A stretch of DNA of 64,000 nucleotides from an uncultured bacterium (GCA_965652075.1 CBFGTN010000003.1:5402-69401), one strand, 5' to 3'. Shown: positions 15,997 to 26,441, numbered from the stretch's first letter. The notes: generated by a model not told the origin, from the sequence alone. Program-made: numbers and translations.

Positions 15997-16521
15997 TCAG
16001 GTATTCGACCGCAGGAAGGCGGCAACCTCGTCCATGGCGCGCTCGACGACCGGACCGACCCCGTGCCCGACACCGGGATAGGTCACGAGCGTCGCGCCCC
16101 GGAGCTGGCCAACGGCCTCCCGCAGCAGGTCGATCTTCGCGAACGGGTCCGACTCGCCGGACAGCAGCAGCACGGGACAGGCGATCCGTGGCCAGTGGGC
16201 GGTGCGCTCGCGCCAGGCATCGTGGCGTCCGGGAGCGTGGAGCGGATAGGCGAAGAGGACGAGCGCGCGCGGCATCGACTCGGCCGCGAGCAGCGATGCC
16301 ACGCGGCCGCCGAACGACTGACCGCCGGTGACGGTGACCGACGGGTCCGGGCCGATGGCCTCGCGGTAGATCGGCATCGCTCGCTCTGCCGGCCCCTTGG
16401 GCAGGCTGACGATCTCGACCTCGAAGCCGCGGTCGCGGAGGGCGGCGGCGTGCGGCGCCAGCTGCTTCGGGTTCCCGGAGGCGCCCGGCGCGAGAAGGAT
16501 CTTCGGCGTCGTCGGCACCAA
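15997..16521 (-). CDS. Small alpha/beta-fold hydrolase (dienelactone-hydrolase / KANL3-like)
   Basis: A nucleophile-elbow-like GGQSFGG is present, followed by [10 protein letters not shown] and GVGHG. The start is TTG or GTG at 16521/16518, with no SD. The gene lies 38 nt upstream of the WYL regulator on the same strand. Confidence 0.65.
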   Translation of the reverse strand: MVPTTPKILLAPGASGNPKQLAPHAAALRDRGFEVEIVSLPKGPAERAMPIYREAIGPDPSVTVTGGQSFGGRVASLLAAESMPRALVLFAYPLHAPGRHDAWRERTAHWPRIACPVLLLSGESDPFAKIDLLREAVGQLRGATLVTYPGVGHGVGPVVERAMDEVAAFLRSNT

Positions 16522-16538
16522 CGGAGGATACTTGGACG

Positions 16539-16967
16539 ATGACCACCGAGAAGATCGCGAAGTCGGACGCCGAATGGCGTGCCGAGCTGACCCCAGAGCA
16601 GTACCACATCCTCCGGGAGAAGGGCACCGAGCGCGCGTTCACGGGTGCCTACTGGGACGAGCATCGGCCCGGCGTGTACCGATGCGCCGGCTGCGGCGCC
16701 GAACTGTTCGACGCGGGCACGAAGTTCGAGTCCGGCACCGGCTGGCCGTCCTTCTATCAGCCGACGGAGGCCGATGCGGTGACGACCGAGACCGATCGGT
16801 CGCTGTTCATGACCCGGACGGAGGTGAACTGCGCCCGCTGTGGGGGTCACCTCGGCCACGTCTTCGACGACGCCTACGACCAGCCCGGCGGGCTGCGCTA
16901 CTGCATCAACTCCGCGTCGCTGACGCTCGATCCGGAGACCCCGGTCGAGCCCATGGAGCAGGTCTAG
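16539..16967 (+). CDS. msrB: Peptide-methionine (R)-S-oxide reductase
   Basis: Two CxxC zinc pairs (CAGCG, CARCG), GTGWPSF, GHLGHVF and the catalytic RYCINS are present. A GGAGG SD lies upstream. Confidence 0.93.
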   Translation: MTTEKIAKSDAEWRAELTPEQYHILREKGTERAFTGAYWDEHRPGVYRCAGCGAELFDAGTKFESGTGWPSFYQPTEADAVTTETDRSLFMTRTEVNCARCGGHLGHVFDDAYDQPGGLRYCINSASLTLDPETPVEPMEQV

Positions 16968-18148
16968 GTCCCCGGCCTCCACGCCGCTGCCGGCCAATTG
17001 ACGGTCGGCGGCAGAGGGAACTGCCCGAGCTCGCCACCATCCCGGTCGATCACCAGGAGGGCAGAGCCGTCGTCCGCCATGAGGACGGCCGCGCGGCTGT
17101 CGGGGGCCCATGCGGCGGGGTGGCCGCCGTAGGTCGCCAGGGTCTCGCCATCGATCGTTGCGAGCTCGACCCCGTTGAGACCGCTCGTCGGATCGGTCGT
17201 CACAAGCAGCAGCCGCGTCGCATCCGGCGAGACGACGCTCGGACCGACGGAGGTGCCGAGGGCGACGGCGTCCCCGGTATCGAGGTCGAGAGCTCCGAGC
17301 GAGCCGGTCTGCTCATCGACCAGGAGCAGACGCCCGTCCGGCAGCCAGCCCGGCGGCCACGCGCCTCGCGCGACGAGGCGAATGTCCGAGCCGTCCGCGC
17401 GCGAGACGAACGTTGCTCCGAACAGCTGATCGTCGCCCGGGTCCGGCATCGGCGCCGCGAACGCGATGGACATGCCGTCGAGCGAATACGTCGGCTGATT
17501 CGCCAATTCCGTGACCTCGTCCGTCATCAGCGGTCGCGATCCTGAGAACCCCGCGTCGGTGACATCGACGATCTGCAGGTTCCAGGCGCCGGGGTGGGGC
17601 GGCGCTCCGCAGTCGGGTGCCATGCAATACGGCGCATTCGCCGAGTACAGGAGGCTCCGGCCATCCGGCGACCAGGTCGCGCCGCGCCCGTCCCCGATTC
17701 GGGTCATCCGCCCGTCGAGGTCAACGACGTAGACGACGGCCTCGCAGCTGCCATAGTCGAAGGCGAGCATCGTCCCGTCGGGTGACCATCTGAGGTTCTG
17801 CACGCCGAAGCCACAGGACATGACCGGTGCGATGGGACCGCGGCTCATCGGCTCGCCCTGCTCGGGCGTCAGCCGCGTGAGCTGGCGGCTCTCGCCGGTG
17901 TCGAGATCGAGCAGGAACACCTGCGGATCCTGGCCGCCGGCGTAGGCCAGCTGCCCGCTGAGGCCCTCCGATGCGACAGGCGTCGAAGCCGGCGAGGGGT
18001 TCGGCTCGGACGGCGAGCCCGCCGTGGCACGCGGGGTCACGAGCGGACGCTGCGTCGATTCGGTGTCGCTGGAGGGGGCGCGACCGCCGCACGCCGCGGT
18101 GACGGCAGCGATCAGGATCGCGATGGAGACGGCGGGTGGGCGTGGCAT
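16964..18148 (-). CDS. Lipoprotein with TolB-like / PD40 beta-propeller repeats
   Basis: The lipobox is [14 protein letters not shown]-type repeats recur ([34 protein letters not shown]). Confidence 0.75.
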   Translation of the reverse strand: MPRPPAVSIAILIAAVTAACGGRAPSSDTESTQRPLVTPRATAGSPSEPNPSPASTPVASEGLSGQLAYAGGQDPQVFLLDLDTGESRQLTRLTPEQGEPMSRGPIAPVMSCGFGVQNLRWSPDGTMLAFDYGSCEAVVYVVDLDGRMTRIGDGRGATWSPDGRSLLYSANAPYCMAPDCGAPPHPGAWNLQIVDVTDAGFSGSRPLMTDEVTELANQPTYSLDGMSIAFAAPMPDPGDDQLFGATFVSRADGSDIRLVARGAWPPGWLPDGRLLLVDEQTGSLGALDLDTGDAVALGTSVGPSVVSPDATRLLLVTTDPTSGLNGVELATIDGETLATYGGHPAAWAPDSRAAVLMADDGSALLVIDRDGGELGQFPLPPTVNWPAAAWRPGT

Positions 18149-18191
18149 GGTCCGAAGACGCAGGCCCGCGGCGATTGTTGCAGTCGGGGAC

Positions 18192-19238
18192 CTAGCGTCC
18201 GTCCGCCACGGCCCGCATGACCTTCGCCGCCTCGTGGCACTGGTCTGCGGAGATCTCCAGGTGCGTGACGGCGCGTACGGTCCGAGGGCCGAACGGGTTG
18301 AGCCACACCCCCCGGCGTCGGCACGCCTCCACGAATGTGGCCGCGTCCGGCACGCCCCGGCGCTCCACGAGCCGGAAGACGATGATGTTCGTCTGGACCG
18401 TCGCCAGGTCGAGCTCGACGTCGTCGCCGCGAAGCAGCTCCTCGGCCAGGAGGCGGGCGTTGGCGTGGTCCTCTGCGAGCCGGTCGACGTTGTTGGCGAG
18501 CGCGTACGAGCCTGCGGCGGCGAGGATGCCCGCCTGGCGCATCGCGCCCCCGGCCATCCGCCTGAAGCGATGCGCGCGGTCGATCACCTCGCGCGACCCC
18601 GCGAGCATCGAGCCGGCGGGCGCGCCGAGTCCCTTGCTGAGCGACAGGGACACGAGGTCGAACCCCGCCGCCAGCGAGGAGGCCGGGGTCGCGGTCGCGA
18701 CCGCCGCGTTCAGGATGCGGGCGCCGTCGAGGTATGTCGCCAGGCCCGCCTCCCGAGCGACCGCCATCGCGGCCGCGAGGTCGTCTGCCGGGAAGACGAT
18801 GCCGCCGGCACGGTTGTGCGTGTTCTCGGCGACGAGCAGGGACGTCGGCGGATAGACGATGTGGCCGCGCGGCTTGATCGCGGCGCGGACCGCATCGGCG
18901 TCGTAGGTGCCCGCCGACCCGACCGGGCTGAACTGGACGCCAGCGTTGGCGGCCCCGGCCCCGGTCTCGTGCAGGACGACATGCGAGTCCGTCGGGACGA
19001 GGACGTCGTCGCCTGGGCGGGTGAGCGTGCGGAGCGCGACCTGGTTCGCCATCGTCCCGCTCGGCAGGAACAGCGCGGCCTCCATCCCGAACAGCGCCGC
19101 GACGTCGTCCTGCAGCCTGTTGACCGACGGGTCCTCTCCGTACTGGTCGTCGCCGACCTCGGCTTCGGCGATCGCCCGGCGCATGGCGGCGCTCGGGCGT
19201 GTGACGGTGTCGGAGCGCAGGTCGATGCGGTCGGCCAT
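18192..19238 (-). CDS. ltaE: Low-specificity L-threonine aldolase (PLP)
   Basis: [16 protein letters not shown]...[12 protein letters not shown]...[10 protein letters not shown]...SLSKGLGAP (PLP lysine). The ATG at 19238 lies within a longer track ORF. Confidence 0.88.
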   Translation of the reverse strand: MADRIDLRSDTVTRPSAAMRRAIAEAEVGDDQYGEDPSVNRLQDDVAALFGMEAALFLPSGTMANQVALRTLTRPGDDVLVPTDSHVVLHETGAGAANAGVQFSPVGSAGTYDADAVRAAIKPRGHIVYPPTSLLVAENTHNRAGGIVFPADDLAAAMAVAREAGLATYLDGARILNAAVATATPASSLAAGFDLVSLSLSKGLGAPAGSMLAGSREVIDRAHRFRRMAGGAMRQAGILAAAGSYALANNVDRLAEDHANARLLAEELLRGDDVELDLATVQTNIIVFRLVERRGVPDAATFVEACRRRGVWLNPFGPRTVRAVTHLEISADQCHEAAKVMRAVADGR

Positions 19239-19261
19239 CGCCCCGATGATAGGCGGCTCGG

Positions 19262-19675
19262 TCAGGCGATCGGAAGCGTCGGGTCGGAGCGGCGCGTCCG
19301 CGGCTTGTGCAGCAGCGACGCGACCTCGTCGAGGTCGGGCGCCGTCGTGCCGCGCAGCCACTCGATGGCGGCCTCGAGGTCCTCGACGCAGAATGGCTTG
19401 CCCATGACCGCGACGTTCGGGCCGGCCACGATCTTCATCGGCAGCGAGGCGAGGAGCATCCCGGTGCAGATGAGGACCCGTGGCAGGTCGAGGACGACCC
19501 GGCGCCGTCGAGCCGGTAGCTCCATGAGCTGGGTGCCGTCGATGATCAACGCGTCCGGTCGCTGGCCGAGCGCGATGCGCGAGTCGAGCTCGGTGGGGGT
19601 CAGCATCTCCGCTTCCGGCAGCAGCTCGCTGAAGAGCTCGCGCACCCCCGGTTCGCGGTCGCTGACCCAGACCAT
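19262..19675 (-). CDS. Stand-alone response-regulator receiver-like protein
   Basis: A CheY-like pattern is visible: N-terminal acidic VWVSDRE, the candidate phospho-acceptor in ALIIDGTQL, and the conserved Lys in [17 protein letters not shown]. The start is uncertain, with an alternative at 19753. Confidence 0.45.
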   Translation of the reverse strand: MVWVSDREPGVRELFSELLPEAEMLTPTELDSRIALGQRPDALIIDGTQLMELPARRRRVVLDLPRVLICTGMLLASLPMKIVAGPNVAVMGKPFCVEDLEAAIEWLRGTTAPDLDEVASLLHKPRTRRSDPTLPIA

Positions 19676-19756
19676 TCCGGCCACGCCGCCGATGCAGCAA
19701 GACCGATGCCGCGCGCGGCGTACGATGCGGCACGCAACCCGCGACGTATCCATGGC

Positions 19757-21316
19757 ATGACCGGCACGAACGATCACCATTCGGCTCGAACGATCCCCGT
19801 CGGCCGCGCCGCGCTGGCCGGGGTCGCGGGGGGCGCCCTGGCCCTGGGGATCGCCGAGCTCCTCGCCGGCCTCCTCCCCGGCGCGGCGAGCCCGATCATC
19901 GCCGTCGGCGACCTCGTCATCGCCCTGCAGCCGCCGGGCGCGAAGCAGTTCGTCGTCGACCTGTTCGGCACGGCCGACAAGCTCGTCCTGAACCTGTTCA
20001 TCGTCGCTGTCGCGATCGGCGCGGCGGGCCTCGGTGGCGTGCTGGGCCGGACCCGGCCGTGGGTCGTGCCGGTCGGCGCCTCGGCGTTCGGCATCCTCGC
20101 GCTGTACGCCGGGCTGCGCGACCCGTTGGCCGAGGCGCTGCCGACCCTGATCGTCGTCGTCGCCGCGGTGCTCGTCGCGATCTTCGCCACCGGCTGGCTG
20201 CTGCGCATGGCCGCGCCCGCGGATGCGCCGGCCGCGGAGATGCCCGCGTGGGGGCGGCGCCGATTCCTCGGCACCTCGATCGCGGTCATCGGCGCGGCGG
20301 CGGTCAGTGGGGTCGTGGGGCGCACGCTGCTGGAGCGCGGCCGGCAGAACGCGATCGCGCAGGCCGGGACGCTTCCCGAGCCGACCGCGACCGCGCCACC
20401 CCTGCCGGACGGCGCGGAGCTCGGCGTCGACGGGATCACGCCGCTCGTCGTCCCGAACGAGCGCTTCTACCGGATCGACACCGCGCTCCTGGTGCCGAGA
20501 CCGGACATCGATACCTGGCGCCTGCGCGTCACCGGCATGGTCGATCGCGAGCTGACGTTCACCTACGACGAGCTCGTCGCGCGGCCGCTCTTCGAGCAGT
20601 ACGTGACGATCGCGTGCGTGAGCAACGAGGTCGGCGGGAACCTCGTCGGCAACGCGCTGTGGCGCGGCGTGCGGCTGAAGGAGCTCCTGGCCGAGGCCGG
20701 CATCGACCCGTCGGCCACGCAGGTGGTCGGACGGTCCGTCGACGGCTTCACCGTCGGCTTCCCGACCGCGTACGCGCTCGCCGACGCGCGCGAGCCGATG
20801 GTCGCGGTCGGCATGAACGGCGACCCGCTGCCAGTCGATCACGGGTTCCCGGCGCGGCTCATCGTGCCGGGCCTGTACGGATATGTCAGCGCGACGAAGT
20901 GGCTGACCGAGATCGAGCTCACGACCTGGGAGGCGTTCGACGCGTACTGGGTCCCGCTGGGCTGGGCGAAGGAGGGACCGATCCTGACGCAGTCACGCAT
21001 CGACCTGCCGCGCAGCGGTTCGAGCCTGTCGGCGGGGACAGTGACGATCGCCGGCGTGGCGTGGGCGCCGGATCGGGGGATCCGTGGGGTGGAGGTCCAG
21101 GTCGACGACGCCGGCTGGACGCCGGCCGAGATCAGCGCCCCGATCTCCGACGCGACCTGGGTGCAGTTCGCACGCGCGTGGGACGCCACGCCCGGCGACC
21201 ACGTGATCAGCGTCCGCGCGACCGATGGGGACGGCGAGGTCCAGACCGACGAGCGCACGCCCCCCGCACCGGACGGTGCACGCGGGCACCACACGATCCA
21301 GGTCAGCGTCAGCTGA
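19757..21316 (+). CDS. Membrane-anchored molybdopterin oxidoreductase of the sulfite-oxidase family
   Basis: About 200 aa of N-terminal TM helices are followed by FYRIDTAL...[12 protein letters not shown] (Mo-ligand Cys)...[21 protein letters not shown] and a C-terminal Ig-like domain. Confidence 0.85.
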   Translation: MTGTNDHHSARTIPVGRAALAGVAGGALALGIAELLAGLLPGAASPIIAVGDLVIALQPPGAKQFVVDLFGTADKLVLNLFIVAVAIGAAGLGGVLGRTRPWVVPVGASAFGILALYAGLRDPLAEALPTLIVVVAAVLVAIFATGWLLRMAAPADAPAAEMPAWGRRRFLGTSIAVIGAAAVSGVVGRTLLERGRQNAIAQAGTLPEPTATAPPLPDGAELGVDGITPLVVPNERFYRIDTALLVPRPDIDTWRLRVTGMVDRELTFTYDELVARPLFEQYVTIACVSNEVGGNLVGNALWRGVRLKELLAEAGIDPSATQVVGRSVDGFTVGFPTAYALADAREPMVAVGMNGDPLPVDHGFPARLIVPGLYGYVSATKWLTEIELTTWEAFDAYWVPLGWAKEGPILTQSRIDLPRSGSSLSAGTVTIAGVAWAPDRGIRGVEVQVDDAGWTPAEISAPISDATWVQFARAWDATPGDHVISVRATDGDGEVQTDERTPPAPDGARGHHTIQVSVS

Positions 21317-21322
21317 GGCGCC

Positions 21323-22558
21323 CTAGCGAGATGGCGGCCCGGTCGGGTTGACGGCGATCGGCGAGAGGATCACGTCGACCTCGATCAGGCCCTCCTCGAG
21401 CGGCATGTCGCTGATCTCGCGCCACGCGGCATGCGAGAGGTTGGCGACGCGCTGGTCGGCAGTGCCGACGTAGCAGGGGCAGGAGTCCACGACCGGGAGC
21501 GAGACGCATCGGTCGGCGCAGACGAGGACGTAGGTCGGCCTACCGTCGGGGATGCCGCCGCCGAGCTTCATGGGAAGGGCCACGGTCGCCCTGCCGGGCT
21601 TGCCCGCGTACGACGAGGCCATGCCGGTGACGACGCCGTCGTGGGATCCGAACAGTGGATCGACCGGCGTTGCCCGCCCCGCGCCCCCGGCATCCTTGCC
21701 GGTCGCGCGCGACGCGGTCGGGCCGGCGGCGAAGCTGGCGTCCGGGTCGCCGGCGAAGGCGTACCAGTAGTCGAGCTTGCCCTCGAAGTAGCGAGAGCGC
21801 TGCACCCACGTCTCGGCGCCCGCGATCGTCGCGTGCGGGCGCGTGAACAGGCGCTCGGGGTCGGCATTCGGCTCGGCCGCGAAGATCTCGCGGTATGGTC
21901 GATCGGGCGTGTCGAGCAGGGCGCCGACGAGATGGGCCGCGCCCTCGAAGAAGTCGGTCGCGAAGTAGGCGCTCGCGCCGAGATCGGCGAGTGGCGCTCG
22001 GGAGTAGGCACTGACCCGGTCGAACGCGTCCCGACGGCTCGCCGGCTCGTGCTGGCCCTCGCCCGCACCCGGGGCGTAGCAGGCGTTCGAGTAGATCATC
22101 ACCCAGCCCGGCGCCGGTCGTGCGTGCTGCGCGATCCAGTCCTCGCCGTAGTAGGCGAGCGTGCCGTCGGCGTAGGAGTCCGAGTGATCCCCGCGCCGGT
22201 TCGGCCCGTTCAGGCCCCAGCCGTTCGTCGTCTCCGGGTTCGGGCTGTCCGAGTACGGGTTCGGCGATCCCACGCCATGGCCGAAGTAGATGACGATGTT
22301 GGCGCCTCGTACCGCCTTGCGGACGGAGGTCTCATCGGCATCCGGCGAATAGGCGCGAGCGACGGTCGCACCGCGCTTCTCGGCCGCCTCCGCCGCGGCG
22401 TCGGCGAGGCTGATGTAGACCGGGGTCAGCTCCTCGCCGACGGGCCCCACGATGATCGCGACCTTCACGCCGGTCTCGGCTCCGGCCGCGGGCGCGGGCA
22501 GGCCGAGGCTGCCGAGGAACGCCGCCGCCAGCGTGGCGAGCATGAGGAACGAGCGCAA
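21323..22558 (-). CDS. Secreted protein with an N-terminal caspase-fold-like His/Cys domain and a C-terminal RlpA-like DPBB domain
   Basis: The signal peptide is MRSFLMLATLAAAFLGSLGLPAPAAGA. The candidate dyad is IVIYFGHGVG and VMIYSNACYAPG. The C-terminus reads GMASSYAGKPG...VLVCADRCVSLPVVDSCPCY...RVANLSHAAW. Confidence 0.6.
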   Translation of the reverse strand: MRSFLMLATLAAAFLGSLGLPAPAAGAETGVKVAIIVGPVGEELTPVYISLADAAAEAAEKRGATVARAYSPDADETSVRKAVRGANIVIYFGHGVGSPNPYSDSPNPETTNGWGLNGPNRRGDHSDSYADGTLAYYGEDWIAQHARPAPGWVMIYSNACYAPGAGEGQHEPASRRDAFDRVSAYSRAPLADLGASAYFATDFFEGAAHLVGALLDTPDRPYREIFAAEPNADPERLFTRPHATIAGAETWVQRSRYFEGKLDYWYAFAGDPDASFAAGPTASRATGKDAGGAGRATPVDPLFGSHDGVVTGMASSYAGKPGRATVALPMKLGGGIPDGRPTYVLVCADRCVSLPVVDSCPCYVGTADQRVANLSHAAWREISDMPLEEGLIEVDVILSPIAVNPTGPPSR

Positions 22559-22645
22559 GGCACTCCCCCAGAGGCACGTGGGTGAGGATGAGCCGCGCTA
22601 GCATCGCACCGCCGACGAGCGCGGCGCAAGGGTTCCGTCGCCGCG

Positions 22646-23488
22646 TCAGGCGCCGGCGGGCTCCAGCTGTGCGGACGTCGACTCCATCGGGCCTGCCAGA
22701 AGCGCCTCGGCGATCACGTCGGCCCAGGCCGCGTAGCCGACGACCGAGGGGTGGAACCGGTCGTCCGAGAGCACGTCGGTTCGGCCGCGGATGCGTGGTG
22801 GGACGTCCCGGGCGAGGTCGGCAAAGGCGGCGCCGGCGCGCTCGGCCTCACCGCGGCTGATCGGGCGCAGGAGGCGCGCGTACTGGTCGGCCAGGAAGAT
22901 CAGCGGCTCGATGGCGCGCAGTGCGCCGCGGAATGCGGGGATGCCGGCCACGACGATCCGCGCGGTCGGCGCGGTGGTCCGGATCCCGTCGAGCAGCGTG
23001 CGCAGGCTCGCGCGGAAGCGACGCGGCGGCGTGCTGTGGGTCGCGTCGTTCGAGCCGATGACGATGGCCACGACGTCCGCTCCGGCGAGGAACGACTCCG
23101 TCTCTGTCGAGCGCAGTGGCTCGATCGCGCGTGGAAGCTGCTGGCGAGGAAGGTCGGCCGCGCGCGCGCCGGCCCACCCATAGCTCACGACGTGCACCGC
23201 GCGGCCCTCGGCCTCGGCCAACCGGCGCGCGATCAGGTAGGGGAGCGAGTCCTCCGCACGCTCGACGCCGACCCCAGCCGTCGTGGAGTCGCCGAGCACG
23301 ACCATGCGCAGCCGCCGCGTGCCGGGCCGGCTCCGGCCGGGCTCGACGACGTGGTTGACGTAGAACCCGGGGTGCCCTGGAAGGAACTCCATCCGGCGCA
23401 GCCGCATTGCCTGCACGGCGACGACGCCGGCGAACGCGCCGGCGGCCGTCCCGAGCACGCGGGCGATCCGTGCGAGCCAGCGATCCAT
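22646..23488 (-). CDS. SGNH/GDSL-family hydrolase
   Basis: Block I is VVLGDSTTAG, block III is IVIGSNDA and block V is DRFHPS. An N-terminal hydrophobic anchor is present. Confidence 0.85.
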   Translation of the reverse strand: MDRWLARIARVLGTAAGAFAGVVAVQAMRLRRMEFLPGHPGFYVNHVVEPGRSRPGTRRLRMVVLGDSTTAGVGVERAEDSLPYLIARRLAEAEGRAVHVVSYGWAGARAADLPRQQLPRAIEPLRSTETESFLAGADVVAIVIGSNDATHSTPPRRFRASLRTLLDGIRTTAPTARIVVAGIPAFRGALRAIEPLIFLADQYARLLRPISRGEAERAGAAFADLARDVPPRIRGRTDVLSDDRFHPSVVGYAAWADVIAEALLAGPMESTSAQLEPAGA

Positions 23489-23540
23489 GGCTTCACCCTA
23501 CCGTCTGCCCGCGCTTGACGCCAACCGCACAATCGGTCGC

Positions 23541-24464
23541 GTGCCGGACGCTCCCGTGATCGTCGTCAACCCATCGGCAGGCTCGGGGCGGGCGGCGAAG
23601 CTGCTGCCGTGGATCCGCGAGCGGCTGGCCCGGCGACGCGACGTGGAGCTGGTCGTCACCACCCGCGCCGGCGAGGCGGAGGACGTCGCCGCGCGGGCCG
23701 CGAGCGCCGGCTGCGAACGAGTCGTCGCCGTGGGCGGCGACGGAACGATCCAGGAGGTCGTGAACGGGGTCCTCCGCGCGCAGGCGCCGACCGCCGTCGG
23801 GATCGTGCCCGTCGGTTCGGGCAACGATCTCGCGCGGAGCCTCGGGCTGCCGGCGGACCCCGCCGAGTGCTGGACGGTTGCGATCGGTCGCGCCACGCGA
23901 CGGATCGACGCTGCGATCGCCACGAACGGCGAGGGACGGCGACGCTGGTTCGCGTCGGCCGGCGGCATCGGCTTCGACGCCCAGGTTGCGGCCGCGATGG
24001 CGAATCGGCGTGGCTGGCAGTCCGGCCGCGCGGGCTATCTGCTGACGACGCTGACCGAGCTGCGCCGGTTCGACAACCGACGCCTCCAGATCGTCCTGGA
24101 CGGCGAGGTCGTCGAGCGACGCGCGCTGCTCGTCGCGATCGCGAACGGGCCGTACTACGGCGGCGGGATGCGGATCGCGCCCGATGCCGCGCCGGATGAC
24201 GGCTGGCTCGACCTGTGCGTCGTCGGGGATGTCTCGCGCCTGACCGCAGTCCGCGAGCTCCCGAACCTGTATCGCGGCACGCATGTCCGCAACCCGGCGG
24301 TGTCCGTCCACCGTGCACGTCGCGTCGAAATGACGGCCGACGCCCCAACCCACGCGCACCTGGACGGGGAGCCGTTCGGCACGCTGCCACTGACCGTCGA
24401 GGTGGTGGCGACCTGCCTGGAGGTCGCGACGCCGCCCACCCCGACCGTGCCGGCGGTCACCTGA
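23541..24464 (+). CDS. Diacylglycerol/lipid kinase family protein (YegS/BmrU-like)
   Basis: VIVVNPSAGSGRA...VVAVGGDGTIQEVVNG...PVGSGNDLARSLG. The GTG at 23541 is preferred because the track start at 23487 would overlap the divergent SGNH gene start. Confidence 0.85.
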   Translation: MPDAPVIVVNPSAGSGRAAKLLPWIRERLARRRDVELVVTTRAGEAEDVAARAASAGCERVVAVGGDGTIQEVVNGVLRAQAPTAVGIVPVGSGNDLARSLGLPADPAECWTVAIGRATRRIDAAIATNGEGRRRWFASAGGIGFDAQVAAAMANRRGWQSGRAGYLLTTLTELRRFDNRRLQIVLDGEVVERRALLVAIANGPYYGGGMRIAPDAAPDDGWLDLCVVGDVSRLTAVRELPNLYRGTHVRNPAVSVHRARRVEMTADAPTHAHLDGEPFGTLPLTVEVVATCLEVATPPTPTVPAVT

Positions 24465-24483
24465 TGCCGGTAGGCTGACACCG

Positions 24484-24732
24484 ATGGAGTCGAAGGGGAT
24501 CGAGGTGGGAAGCCGGCTGCTCGGCGCTGATGGCCGCCGGATCGGGACGGTGGACGCCGTCTTCGCCGACTACCTGCTCGTCCGCACGGCCGGGCTCCTG
24601 CCGGTCGATCTCTACGTCCCGCGGACGGAGACGGCGTTCGCCGACGGGCGGCTGACCGTGGGCGTCGGGCGCCACGAGGCGTACGAGCGCTGGCACCGGC
24701 CGCTGAAGCGGGCGCCGCACGCGGCCGAGTGA
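24484..24732 (+). CDS. Small PRC-barrel / DUF2171-like protein
   Basis: GIEVGSRLLGADGRRIGTVDAVFADYLLVR resembles PRC-barrel small proteins. The frame is GC3-rich. A GTGA overlap links it to the next ORF. Confidence 0.5.
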   Translation: MESKGIEVGSRLLGADGRRIGTVDAVFADYLLVRTAGLLPVDLYVPRTETAFADGRLTVGVGRHEAYERWHRPLKRAPHAAE

Positions 24733-25103
24733 GCGGGTTTGCCGCCGGCGACGCCGAGCGCATGCGGGACGCGCGGACCGTCGAGATCGAGACGAGCGCC
24801 GGTCCGGGGAAGCCGGTGCATCGGACGATCATCTGGATCGTCGTCGACGAGGATGGACGCGCGTTCGTGCGATCGTACCGAGGGCGGGGCGGACGGTGGT
24901 ATCGCGAGCTCGTCGCGAACCCGGACGGCGCCGTGCACGTCGGCGGGCGCCGGATCGCCGTGCGAGCTGGGCACGCCGACGCGGCAGCGGTCGTCGCGTG
25001 CAGCCGGCTCCTCCGCGCGAAGCATCGGAGCTCGCGCGCGTCGCTCCTGGCGATGGTCCGCGACGAGGTGCTGGACACGACCCTCGAGCTCGTGCCGGCC
25101 TGA
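24729..25103 (+). CDS. Small conserved hypothetical protein, possibly DUF2255-like split-barrel
   Basis: The segment TIIWIVVDEDGRAFVRSYRGRGGRWYRELVANPDGAV is present. The family assignment is from memory only. Confidence 0.45.
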   Translation: MSGFAAGDAERMRDARTVEIETSAGPGKPVHRTIIWIVVDEDGRAFVRSYRGRGGRWYRELVANPDGAVHVGGRRIAVRAGHADAAAVVACSRLLRAKHRSSRASLLAMVRDEVLDTTLELVPA

Positions 25104-25149
25104 TGGCCGCGCACGGCCAGCATCGGTCTTGCAGTACTCTCTGGCTGCC

Positions 25150-26112
25150 ATGGACGACGCTCAGAGCACGATCCAGCCCCTGAACGGCCGCGCCCCGTAC
25201 GAGCCGGGGGATGCCGACGGCTTCTTCGCTCACGTCGGTTCGGGCGGGAAGGTCGAGGCCGACGACTGGATGCCCGAGGAGTACCGCGCCGCGGTGCTGA
25301 AGTTCGTGGAGATGCACGCGAACTCGGAGCTCATGGGCGTGCTCCCGGAGCGCGACTGGATCATGCGCGCGCCGACGCTTCGCCGAAAGCTTGCCCTCAC
25401 GAGCAAGATCCAGGACGAGGTCGGACACGCGCAGCTCCTCTACCGGGTGGCCGAGGACCTCGGCAAGCCGCGCGCCGCGATGCTCCAGGACCTGCTCGAC
25501 GGCAAGACGAAGTTCCACAACGTCTTCCACTACCCGACGCGCTCGTGGGCCGACGTCGGGATCATCGCCTGGCTCGTCGACGCCGCCGCCATCGTGTCCC
25601 AGCAGGCGCTGCGCGATTCGTCGTACGCGCCATACGCGCGGACGATGCGCAAGATCTGCTGGGAGGAATCCGTCCACATCATGCACGGACGCGACGTCGT
25701 GCTGACCCTGATGAACGGGACCGACGCACAGCGCGCGATGGTGCAGGAGGCGCTGGACCGATGGTGGGGCCCGCTGATGCAGATGCACGGCCCCCCGACC
25801 GATCCGGCCACGGACAAGGACCTGCACTGGGGCATCAAGTCCAAGGGCAACGAGCAGCTGCGCCAGGAGTTCCTGTCGATCTACGTGCCGCGCATCCTCG
25901 AGCTCGGGCTGCGCGTCCCGGACCCGGCGCTGCGGCTGGACGACGCGACCGGCAGATGGGAGTACACCGAGCCGGACTGGGCGGAGCTGAAGTCGGTCGT
26001 CACCGGCCATGGCCCCGCGTCGCAGTCTCGCCTCGAGTTCCGACGCGACAACTACGCGGCCACGCAATGGGTCCGCGACGCGCTCCTCGGCGGAGCGGCT
26101 GCTGCGGCCTGA
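25150..26112 (+). CDS. paaA: 1,2-phenylacetyl-CoA epoxidase catalytic subunit A
   Basis: Ferritin-like diiron ligand motifs are present (SKIQDEVGHAQL and CWEESVHIMH), together with the characteristic MPEEYR...HANSEL N-terminus. Confidence 0.9.
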   Translation: MDDAQSTIQPLNGRAPYEPGDADGFFAHVGSGGKVEADDWMPEEYRAAVLKFVEMHANSELMGVLPERDWIMRAPTLRRKLALTSKIQDEVGHAQLLYRVAEDLGKPRAAMLQDLLDGKTKFHNVFHYPTRSWADVGIIAWLVDAAAIVSQQALRDSSYAPYARTMRKICWEESVHIMHGRDVVLTLMNGTDAQRAMVQEALDRWWGPLMQMHGPPTDPATDKDLHWGIKSKGNEQLRQEFLSIYVPRILELGLRVPDPALRLDDATGRWEYTEPDWAELKSVVTGHGPASQSRLEFRRDNYAATQWVRDALLGGAAAAA

Positions 26113-26129
26113 GCGCCGTCGACGCGCCG

Positions 26130-26441
26130 ATGAGCGGTGAACGAGCCGAGCGCGTCTGGGAGGTCTTCCGCCAGGAGGACGAAGGCGACCCGATGATCCA
26201 TGCCGGGAATGTGAACGCGCCCGACGAGGAGCTCGCGCTCCACTACGCGCGGGAGTTCTACGGTCGGCGCGGCGAGTCGAATCGCCTGTGGATCGTCGCG
26301 CGCGACTCGATCACCGAGCTCGATGACCCGGACCTGCTCAAGCCGCCGTTCGACCGCAGCCACAAGAAGCCCGGCGGCTACATCATCAAGCACAAGCTCG
26401 AGGCCGCGAAACAGCGCGCGGCGACGAAGGCCTCCGAGTGA
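26130..26441 (+). CDS. paaB: 1,2-phenylacetyl-CoA epoxidase subunit B
   Basis: WEVFRQEDEGDPMIHAGNVNAPDEELALHYAREFYGRRGES..LWIV is the typical PaaB sequence. The gene sits between paaA and paaC. Confidence 0.88.
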   Translation: MSGERAERVWEVFRQEDEGDPMIHAGNVNAPDEELALHYAREFYGRRGESNRLWIVARDSITELDDPDLLKPPFDRSHKKPGGYIIKHKLEAAKQRAATKASE

